Positions 36,697 through 44,132 of a stretch of 44,132 nt of DNA are shown piece by piece (positions within the stretch are counted from its first letter, which is position 1; each line of letters begins with the position of its first letter). Under the pieces are notes generated by a model, which did not search any database, was not told the DNA's origin, and saw only the letters and a program-made list of their open reading frames with translations. A program made the position numbers and the translations under genes. The stretch is from Gemmatimonadaceae bacterium (lineage in GTDB: Bacteria > Gemmatimonadota > Gemmatimonadetes > Gemmatimonadales > Gemmatimonadaceae). Where the stretch lies: contig DATEDH010000120.1 in assembly GCA_035281765.1 (NCBI GenBank), forward strand, positions 1-44,132. The letters are read 5' to 3'.

Positions 36697-39186
36697 TTAG
36701 CCGCGCACGATGTTGGCGCCTGACATAAGATCGTCGTCGTCGGGCGTACTGAAGCGAACGGAATCCATTTCAAAGACAACTTCGCGAAGCTTGTCAATAT
36801 CATTGGCTCTGAGAAACTCAGAACCCGCCGCGACGAGGCGGCGATGCTCAGCTGCATTCGGAAACTTGTGCGGATTTGTTGCCATCGACTTGAACCGATC
36901 GATGACAAACCAATCCTGCCTCCAAAGAATCCTGAAACTATTAGACCACATTTCGTCAAGCCGGCTTTCAAAGTCAGAGCTGCCTGAATCAATTGACCGC
37001 TTGGCAGTGATTGTCAGGTTCTCAAAAGCCGTCACCTCCGAGGGGCGCGCGTACTGCTTTACGGTTTCATTGAACGCAGCGATCAGCCGATCTAATTCGA
37101 TTTGACGCATCGCCTTCAGGTGATCTTGTCGCACTCTCGCCAGCAACTGCTTCGCTTCCTGTATCCGGTCCATTGCCTGCTTCACAACTTCCGGGTCCTT
37201 GTCGTCCGATTGAACTGACTGGGCATCCCTTATTTTCTGACGTGCGGTGTCGAGTCTTGTATCCGAAACGTGCTGCGCGATTTCATCGAGCCTGTTAGCC
37301 GCCGCCTCGGACTGATCAGCGACCAGCTTTGACGCATTGCTATAATCGATCTGGCCTTCCTGCCTGGAATAAAAATTCTGCTGAGAGTTGAACAAGCCGC
37401 CAATTGAAGGAACTGAGACTCCAAGCTTTACATTACCCGAATCACTGATCTCGTATTCGCATACAAGTTCAGCACCGGCGGCAATCACTCCGTCTGGGAA
37501 ATCGGATCCCGAGATTTTAAATGTTCCGATGGGGCGATTGTCGGAAATGGGATTCTTGATCTCGCCCTCCCATAACTTGAATCTCAAAGCGCTTGGGCTG
37601 CCGGCCTTTAGACTCTCTTCTGCTCTGTAGATTTTTTTCCCTTTAACTGGCAGTTGATCTCCCTCTCGCACGAGGTAGTCGAGCACGGTAACGCCGCCTA
37701 GCTTTTCTTTCACCTCGATTCCAACCGAATGCGATGCCGGAATGGCATCAACGCTTGCAGCCGTTCTGGTGATGACGATTCTCTCGTTCGCTAGCGAGAC
37801 CACTGCGCCCGTGCCGTCGAACACAAAGAATTTGAACGTGTTCTCACCTGGTTTCGACAGAGTTACGTCAATCGTCGCGCCTTCCTTCAAGGGCATTCGA
37901 CCAGACGACCACCCGGTATCAAGGTTATCGATCTGGAACTGCGCACCATCACCAATCCGTACATCTTTCGCCATCACGCGGGCTTTCGTGTCGGGAGTGC
38001 GAGAAACGAAGTTGAATGAAACGGAGGAAGGCCCGGGTCCCGCCGTCGTTCCACGCGCTGACTTTCGGCCTCGCGACTCTGAACTCCAGTCAATCGATTC
38101 CGCAAATACCGCAGCACCCTCAGCCACTGCTGTCATTGGATTGACCTCCGTGGAAGGAGCAATGCCAAGTGCGTGTGCGACCTTCTCGCGCAGCGGCGGA
38201 TAATGTGTCGGTCCCCCAACAAACACGATTCGCTCGACGTCCCTCGATGTAAGCCCTGCCTTAGCGAGTGTTTCTTTCGCTGATTCGATGGACTCCTCAA
38301 CCTTAGGACCAATCATCTCATCGAACTTCACCCTCGAAAGAGTTGCGTCGATGTAGATGTCGGCCCCAGAACGATCTCGGATTCCCGTTTCGGACTCTGA
38401 CAAACTGACAATCGCCTCAGTCCGCCCTGACAGTTCTATCTTGGCCTTTTCCCCCGCCCACGTGGCAAAACGCAATAGGGATTTGTAGTTGTCATCGGAT
38501 GTCCATCCGTCGGGCAGGTCCGCATGCGACTCCAACCATGGTACGATGACCTGTTCGAGCACCATGCGGTCGAAATCTCTCCCTCCGCACATCTCAATTC
38601 CGCCGCATGCCAGCAGGCTCACCCTGCCGCTTATGCTCTCTGCGACGGCGATATCCAGGGTGCCACCACCCATGTCGTAAACCAGAAAGACTCCATCAGT
38701 CTTTCGTTGGCGCATCACGCTCATCACGGCAGCAACCGGCTCCTGCATAAGTGCGACTTGCCCCATCCCAGCCATTTCCGTTGCGGAAAGTGTGGCAGCC
38801 TTCTCCATTTGATTGAATGCTGCCGGCACGGTCACGACTGTACCTAACGCGCTGCTCTCACGTATTTCGGGCGGGAGATAGTTGAACATCGTCCGAAGAA
38901 TCTCAGAAGAGCATTCCTCTGGCGTCATTCGGAGATTTGCACGCGGCAGCTCGAGCGTTGTGCTTGTTCCCATCAGGCGCTTAAATAAAGTCGCCGCCCG
39001 GTCTGGGTCCCTTGCTGCATTTTGATAAGCTCTGGAGCCTACGAAGCGGTTGCCTCGCGGATCTACGTAGATAGCCGATGGCGTGACATCGTGCTGCTCT
39101 GGGCTCTTGTACAGACGCACGTTTTCCCCATCATACGTCGCGATCGCGCTATTTGTGGTCCCTAAATCGATACCTACGTAGCTCAT
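36697..39186 (-). CDS. Non-canonical Hsp70-family protein (829 aa)
   Basis: GIDLGTTNS, TVPAAF, EPVAA, DMGGGTLD, GGRDFD, EKAKIELS and VGGPT. The canonical DnaK linker is absent and there is an extra domain. Confidence 0.95.
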   Translation of the reverse strand: MSYVGIDLGTTNSAIATYDGENVRLYKSPEQHDVTPSAIYVDPRGNRFVGSRAYQNAARDPDRAATLFKRLMGTSTTLELPRANLRMTPEECSSEILRTMFNYLPPEIRESSALGTVVTVPAAFNQMEKAATLSATEMAGMGQVALMQEPVAAVMSVMRQRKTDGVFLVYDMGGGTLDIAVAESISGRVSLLACGGIEMCGGRDFDRMVLEQVIVPWLESHADLPDGWTSDDNYKSLLRFATWAGEKAKIELSGRTEAIVSLSESETGIRDRSGADIYIDATLSRVKFDEMIGPKVEESIESAKETLAKAGLTSRDVERIVFVGGPTHYPPLREKVAHALGIAPSTEVNPMTAVAEGAAVFAESIDWSSESRGRKSARGTTAGPGPSSVSFNFVSRTPDTKARVMAKDVRIGDGAQFQIDNLDTGWSSGRMPLKEGATIDVTLSKPGENTFKFFVFDGTGAVVSLANERIVITRTAASVDAIPASHSVGIEVKEKLGGVTVLDYLVREGDQLPVKGKKIYRAEESLKAGSPSALRFKLWEGEIKNPISDNRPIGTFKISGSDFPDGVIAAGAELVCEYEISDSGNVKLGVSVPSIGGLFNSQQNFYSRQEGQIDYSNASKLVADQSEAAANRLDEIAQHVSDTRLDTARQKIRDAQSVQSDDKDPEVVKQAMDRIQEAKQLLARVRQDHLKAMRQIELDRLIAAFNETVKQYARPSEVTAFENLTITAKRSIDSGSSDFESRLDEMWSNSFRILWRQDWFVIDRFKSMATNPHKFPNAAEHRRLVAAGSEFLRANDIDKLREVVFEMDSVRFSTPDDDDLMSGANIVRG

Positions 39187-39539
39187 GCAATCACCTTTCG
39201 TAGCTTAACGGTTCCCTGTTTTCTGATGCCGTCGACTCCCATGATGATTGGCTCGAGCATCTGATCTACCAGCAACTCGTCCTCAGCAGCAAAGTCGCCG
39301 ATATTGATGGCTGACGCGGCGGTACCGGCCTCGAACGGTTGCCCCTCGACATTGACGAGTTTGAAGCCGGCAGTTTCGAGATTGGATTCAATCTGTTGTT
39401 TGAAATAACGAAGCTGGCCGATATATCTCTGAGCGTCGCCGGCATCGAGCTTGGTGAGGATTCGCTCTACAAGCTTCAGGAGCCGCCAAGTATCGCCTGC
39501 GAGGTTGATAAGGGAATTTTCGGACGCTTCGACACTCAT
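39183..39539 (-). CDS. Short GrpE-like protein (118 aa)
   Basis: ATG 39539 follows GAGGGG, and the stop overlaps the Hsp70 start (ATGA). Two helices, then a GrpE-head-like GQPFEAG...VDQMLEPIIM...IRKQGTVKL. Confidence 0.75.
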   Translation of the reverse strand: MSVEASENSLINLAGDTWRLLKLVERILTKLDAGDAQRYIGQLRYFKQQIESNLETAGFKLVNVEGQPFEAGTAASAINIGDFAAEDELLVDQMLEPIIMGVDGIRKQGTVKLRKVIA

Positions 39540-39630
39540 CTTCCCCTCAGTGGTTGAGGTATTGTTGTCGGGGTTTAACAGCGTTGGTATGACGAGCGAT
39601 ATGGCAGCGTAATAACAACAGTTTCTCCCT

Positions 39631-39660
39631 ACGGTAGCGATCCCTCGATTCAAAGGTCAA
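39631..39660 (-). promoter_or_regulatory. Putative sigma70 promoter for the Hsp70 operon
   Basis: TTGACC-18 nt-TACCGT on the minus strand, about 90 nt upstream of ATG 39539. Confidence 0.4.
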
Positions 39661-39939
39661 TATCGAACTTGGGTCTGACAGACCACGTTGAGTTCCTTCG
39701 GCGCGGGTGGGGCCCGTCACAGGCCCCGTCAAAGCGCTACGCCGCCCAATCTCCTAAGTTTGAGTGCACTGTCTGCATACTGCGCTGGTGTGATTTGCCA
39801 CCGTTCCCTTAATACAACAGATGGATTCTCGGGTGCGGATGCAAGGATCGCTACGGCGGTACGTAAGTCGCAAGGCCACCTACCTTTGCTCTTGTAGGTC
39901 GGAGCGCGTTTCTGAGCAACCCGTTAACTGCTCCTTTAT

Positions 39940-40947
39940 TTGCTGCTTGCGCGGATGCTGCGGTTGACTGAATTTCTGCACTCACGCTTTCGCACTGGCC
40001 CCGGAGCAATATTGCCTGTGTCCGATGCAGTCAGCTTTTTGCTTTTACGCTTAACAGCGGCTGGCGTCGATAAAGCGAGTGCGGAGCCACTACTTCTGTC
40101 GCTGGCGAGTGATATCGACGGACAGCGCATGGCGTATTGCCTTGCTATAGACCTAGCAACTTTGGCGATAGATATCGCGTCACTTGTCGAAGTTTTCCCA
40201 CCGAAGGATACCGTACCCAAGTCGAAACGCGAAGATCTAGGAGTGGCCCTCAATGGACGGTTTGGAGAATCGTACGATGAGATAACCACGAGCAATGGCG
40301 TTGGTGTCACACCAGGAGAAAAGCTTGTCTCGATAATGAGCATTTATAAGTACTTGGCCGTGTTCAAGGGAGCCTCTCGGGGGTCCATGGGTCCTGCAGC
40401 GGTAGCATCCCAAGTGCAGCGCTTGAAGTATTTTGGCGGAAGCGATGGACTTTACGAGTACTCTCTTGTTGCTAAACTCCGGGGTGCTGCACGTCCCCTA
40501 ACATGGGTGACCGAGTTCGCGAATGTTGATGCGGTGCTGGGAAGCAGCAGCCCGACCGAAGACAAAATAGTAGAATTGATTGAACGACTCGGACTGCCAT
40601 GGGAACCGCTAGTACCAACGCATACCGTTATTTTGAAATACCCGTCGAACTGTCGAGAAGTGTCTCGGATCGGAAGGCCGAACAGCCTTGCAGAAGACTG
40701 GAATTCGCCGGGGTTGTTTGTAGCTGGATTAGGGGATACAGGTTGGGGGTTAACGTGTCCAAGAACTGACTCTCGCTGTAAAGGCATTCCGGAATTGGTT
40801 CACGATACTATCGGCCCATTGACTTTTTCAAATCCGGTGAAGGTCCAATACCTAGGACAAGTCACCTTACAACCTGCAGATCCCAGAATTGCAAGAGACG
40901 AAGCTGCAATGCGATGGCAGAGCGTCTTCAATGCGGTTGCGGGTTAA
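39940..40947 (+). CDS. Hypothetical protein with a possible ADP-ribosyltransferase/NADase-like C-domain
   Basis: 335-codon ORF (start TTG 39940 or ATG 39955) with the motif series WVT, RLGLP, LKY, RP, GWGLT, GIPELVH. The fold call is inference. Confidence 0.7.
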   Translation: MLLARMLRLTEFLHSRFRTGPGAILPVSDAVSFLLLRLTAAGVDKASAEPLLLSLASDIDGQRMAYCLAIDLATLAIDIASLVEVFPPKDTVPKSKREDLGVALNGRFGESYDEITTSNGVGVTPGEKLVSIMSIYKYLAVFKGASRGSMGPAAVASQVQRLKYFGGSDGLYEYSLVAKLRGAARPLTWVTEFANVDAVLGSSSPTEDKIVELIERLGLPWEPLVPTHTVILKYPSNCREVSRIGRPNSLAEDWNSPGLFVAGLGDTGWGLTCPRTDSRCKGIPELVHDTIGPLTFSNPVKVQYLGQVTLQPADPRIARDEAAMRWQSVFNAVAG

Positions 40948-40950
40948 CAC

Positions 40951-41916
40951 ATGATCGATGCATCGGAGCTTAGAGCTTTACTATCGGGGGAGCGTGAGAT
41001 CCCTTCGGGGGACCCTTACTCTGATCTTTATACGCGATTGAAGGCTTGGTCGCACCGGTTAGACGTCGCGAACAGGGAACAGCTCGGAATCGCAGCCATC
41101 AATTTGCTCGCTGGCCTCAGCCCTGATCACGATTCTGGGGATTTCTACGCTGTAGCGTTCAGGGCGTTGTCGATATTGCACCCAGTTGGCGGCAGCGATC
41201 CACTCGCGCGGATGTTAAGGTCAAACGAACTTGATGGGCTCATGGTGGACGGCGAGCCACTCGTTGGTCTTGCGCTGCTCGTGCTCGCGGAATATGGGTT
41301 TCCCTCATGGGCATCGGCGTGGGGCACACAGAAGCTAGGCGAAATTCGGGGTCAAGGCGGACAGGAAATGGATCCGCAAATCTTTTCTTTCGCAGCCGCA
41401 TTGGCGCAGGCCGAAAGTCTCGCTTATCAGCCAAGGCTTGCGCTCCCCTTGATCGAACTCGCGGAAACTTATGATTCAAAGAAAAAGTTTGGAGAGCAGA
41501 GTTCCACCGAGATACTTCGTGAGACCTTCGAAATGCTTTGTTTGAGGCATTGCGCCGAATCCGTTTTTCACAGCGTTTATGAAGAGAACCTGGAGCGAAT
41601 GGCTGCCATAGAAGGATCGAATTTCGCTGAATTTCATACCCTTCTTATTGACGTCTTGAATCGCTGGAACGTCGATGATTCCGCGCGCTATGCGCTCCTA
41701 ATCGCTTTGGCTCCGCTCTCCCAAAGGATGCCTTCCAGTATCATGGCGGAGCTTAAGATCAGGGATTCTGCGCTGTATTCGCGATCCACTAAGAGCGCAC
41801 TTAAGCTCGCTGATTTAAAAGAGATCGATTTTGATGAGCAGCTCGCTGTTGCAACTACAAGAATGATCCATACGAACATGGAGAATTTGTTCCCCAACGG
41901 AACGTTCATCTCTTAG
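40951..41916 (+). CDS. All-helical (HEAT-like) hypothetical protein
   Basis: ATG lies 3 nt after the upstream stop. Leu/Ala-rich amphipathic helices throughout. Confidence 0.75.
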   Translation: MIDASELRALLSGEREIPSGDPYSDLYTRLKAWSHRLDVANREQLGIAAINLLAGLSPDHDSGDFYAVAFRALSILHPVGGSDPLARMLRSNELDGLMVDGEPLVGLALLVLAEYGFPSWASAWGTQKLGEIRGQGGQEMDPQIFSFAAALAQAESLAYQPRLALPLIELAETYDSKKKFGEQSSTEILRETFEMLCLRHCAESVFHSVYEENLERMAAIEGSNFAEFHTLLIDVLNRWNVDDSARYALLIALAPLSQRMPSSIMAELKIRDSALYSRSTKSALKLADLKEIDFDEQLAVATTRMIHTNMENLFPNGTFIS

Positions 41917-41937
41917 GCCATTTAAAAAGGCGAAGTC

Positions 41938-44132
41938 GTGATCGCAGAGAAACGAACCGTCGCTGAGAGACTTCAGCGTGACCTGCTAGAAGACTTGCGC
42001 GCGGACGTCGCCTTTGCCGAGAGCAAAGGGCGATTTCTGTTTGCTCTGGATTCTTACGACGTGATTCGATTCTGCTTTCCCCGTGCGACCGGGCATCAGC
42101 AAACCTCTATCGGCGCAGAAGCGGATTATTTCGCGGCACTATCCTATGTGTTAGACCGACGGGCACCGCGTCCACTGCTTTTCCCCGAGCACTTACTAGA
42201 ACTCCATGACTATGTGGCAGCGGCACAAAGGCGACACGTCAAGATGGGTTTTGAAGATGCGGCTATTGCCCGGGAAATTGAGTCCAAGCTGACACAGGAA
42301 GTCGATCCAGAAAAAACGCTTCGAACGACTGCCGAACAGGTAGCGTTTGTTGGGGATCACTTCTCGATGCTACTCTATCTGCAGTCAGCGCAACGCCAAC
42401 AGGTAGGATATGGGGAAATGGCCAGGTTAATGACGAAGCGACTGAGCCGACTCGTACCGCCCGATTGGTCAGATGAAAGCGAACCCAACCTTCCAACAGT
42501 CTTGGCTGATTTTGCGAGGTTATACAAGCCGGATCGTAGCTTCGTTCAACTTTGCACCGACCTGCTTCAGCAAATACAACCGGGCTTTGAGTCAAGTAAT
42601 CGAGCCGATGCGCGCGCCCTAGATCGTCTGCGCCAACTGAACAGCAGGCTGGGAAAACTTTACGCAGTAAAAACCTTGCAGTCTCCTTGGCGTGCATTCT
42701 TATTGTCCTCCTCAGTCCGAATGCTGCGGTTAATGCGCGCGCTGGCGAATATGTTGGCGAATGAATCCGTCAGACTGGTGAGAGTTCCAGACCAAATATT
42801 TGCATATGTCATCTCTGAGCCTCAGGTCACAACTCTCGACAACCCAGACGGAATTCCCGCTAGCAAGCTAGAAGCGTCTCGCGAGAGCGTCCTCAATTCT
42901 ATCGATTGGCTAGTCGGCCTTGACCCGGAAGGGACAACGCTCCCCGGAAGGGCGACACACTGTGTCGAAGGTTGTTTGCTCGATGGGCATGTAAATTCGA
43001 CCTGCCCTAACCGCACGGTGTGTGAACGGTTCGTGCACCTGGAAAGGGTAAAATCCGAAGTTCTGAGCCCCTTTATCGACCGAACTGAAAATTGGGCCCT
43101 ATATACAAAACTCCGCGAGAGTCTACGAGGAGATAGCCACAACTCGGAAGTCGAGGCAGATGAACTCATTCGGCGATTTGTTGATAGTGACGCCGTCGCA
43201 AGCCGATCGTTGGCCCAACTTTCCGTTCAACGGGCGATTATTAGAGCGCATTCGGCGTTGCTGTATCAGGGATTGGTAGGGATCCCTGCAATGAAGACTG
43301 GAGACATTTATGATTCGCCGCCGGCAGACGGTGTTCGCGGCGCGCAATCTGCCCTTCCCTGGCTTCTCCAGTCGCTTGATCCCGCTCAAAAAAAGCTTGT
43401 CGAAGGGCTTCGGGCCGCATTCTTCGACTCTCCCGACAATATGCAAGTCAGGATGACCGCACTCAACGAGATTTGGCAAGAGCTTGTTCAATTTGATACG
43501 TTGAATGCGGCATCAAATCAGACGGAGCTTGCATCCAGCCTCTGGGATTTGGTTAGAGGGTTATGGTTTCTAGCGTTGACCGATCACGCTGCCGAGGAAT
43601 CCGCTGTCGATCTGGCTAAGATTGTCCTACGAGTAGCGAACGACGGAGTTATCGCCGATTCCTTGTATTTGCTTGTGTGGGCGACCCGACGTTGCGGAAA
43701 TACCCAAGAGTCTGTTGACTGGGCAAACGTCGGGATTAGCAGGGATCCGATTGATCCGCGCTTTTGGCACGGGCGTGCGCTGGCGAAGTACAGCGACGTT
43801 CGCAGATCACCGCTTGGTAAGGTAATGGTCGCTTCTGTTGTCTCGGATTTCGAAACCGCAGCGGCACGTTATTGCGAGTGGCTCTCTATTGAGGAAGGGG
43901 ATCGAAGTCTGTTTCGCGCAACTTGCTTAAACGCCATGGTTTTCTTGCTTGCTGATAATTCGCCGAGCAAGGAAGACCTTAGTCGCGCTCGAGAAGCCTT
44001 GACGGACTTAAAAACGGGGTTTAAGCGGGAACAGCGATGGTCCCCGAAGTTTCCCGAATTTTTTCATACTGAAGCACTCTTAGAGTTAAGGGAAGCTGCG
44101 ATCATTCCTAATGTGGGGGCAAAGTTGTCTAA
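41938..44132 (+). CDS. Large PIN-like / Cys4 / TPR protein, 3'-truncated by the window edge
   Basis: Manual translation from GTG 41938 (AAGG upstream) gives 731 codons with no stop. Motifs FLFALDSYDV, PEHLLEL, SNRADARAL and FLLSSS; C-x3-C-x9-C-x5-C; TPR-like DPIDPRFWHGRALA. Confidence 0.85.
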   Translation, partial: MIAEKRTVAERLQRDLLEDLRADVAFAESKGRFLFALDSYDVIRFCFPRATGHQQTSIGAEADYFAALSYVLDRRAPRPLLFPEHLLELHDYVAAAQRRHVKMGFEDAAIAREIESKLTQEVDPEKTLRTTAEQVAFVGDHFSMLLYLQSAQRQQVGYGEMARLMTKRLSRLVPPDWSDESEPNLPTVLADFARLYKPDRSFVQLCTDLLQQIQPGFESSNRADARALDRLRQLNSRLGKLYAVKTLQSPWRAFLLSSSVRMLRLMRALANMLANESVRLVRVPDQIFAYVISEPQVTTLDNPDGIPASKLEASRESVLNSIDWLVGLDPEGTTLPGRATHCVEGCLLDGHVNSTCPNRTVCERFVHLERVKSEVLSPFIDRTENWALYTKLRESLRGDSHNSEVEADELIRRFVDSDAVASRSLAQLSVQRAIIRAHSALLYQGLVGIPAMKTGDIYDSPPADGVRGAQSALPWLLQSLDPAQKKLVEGLRAAFFDSPDNMQVRMTALNEIWQELVQFDTLNAASNQTELASSLWDLVRGLWFLALTDHAAEESAVDLAKIVLRVANDGVIADSLYLLVWATRRCGNTQESVDWANVGISRDPIDPRFWHGRALAKYSDVRRSPLGKVMVASVVSDFETAAARYCEWLSIEEGDRSLFRATCLNAMVFLLADNSPSKEDLSRAREALTDLKTGFKREQRWSPKFPEFFHTEALLELREAAIIPNVGAKLS

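Larger units (their letters stand above)
32700..44132. other. Putative horizontally acquired island (right end outside the window)
   Basis: Visibly more A/T-ending codons (TTA, CTA, AGA) and orphan-like genes than the left 32 kb. No integrase or att site is visible, and GC was not computed. Confidence 0.55.

Noticed and set aside
36697-39186. Labelling the Hsp70 as dnaK or hscA
   Set aside because: It is too long, lacks the canonical linker, has an inserted domain and sits outside a dnaJ, hrcA or isc context.
39688-39900. GGGGCC/GGCCCC mini-hairpin (39709-39727), a GAGTGC word resembling half a CIRCE site, and ORF 39688..39897
   Set aside because: The 6-bp stem is expected by chance, there is no matching TTAGCACTC half-site, and the ORF has no coding support.
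1-44132. CRISPR arrays, transposases, integrases, rRNA, or long tandem repeats
   Set aside because: None were seen by eye on either strand. Short or degenerate repeats could have been missed without computation.

Overview
Bacterial DNA, GC-rich over most of its length. The Ser/Thr kinase-TolB-TPR architecture and many secreted hydrolases suggest Gemmatimonadota (inference). Positions 1 to about 32.7 kb are densely coding accessory and metabolic genes: two class-V PLP enzymes, a beta carbonic anhydrase, an MBL hydrolase, an AAC(6')-like/VOC fusion, an AlkD-like protein, an amidohydrolase, an M28 peptidase, a Zn dehydrogenase, a serine hydrolase, a CDGSH protein, an SDR, a kinase and one tRNA-Asn(GTT). 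From about 32.75 kb to the end the DNA looks less GC-biased and island-like, with two divergent clusters. (i) A tightly coupled five-gene minus-strand operon encodes a mini-GrpE-like protein, a non-canonical 829-aa Hsp70, an AAA+ ATPase, a single-TM protein and an HPD-less J-like/PH-like protein. (ii) A plus-strand three-gene cluster encodes a possible ADP-ribosyltransferase/NADase-fold protein, a helical protein and a >731-aa PIN-like/Cys4/TPR protein that the ORF track misses because it runs off the window. Other highlights are a highly structured ~160-nt leader RNA with two loop-to-distal pairings (11385-11546) and a lipoprotein plus small 2-TM gene pair resembling a toxin/immunity module. 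All family calls come from motif recognition by eye; no searches were run.
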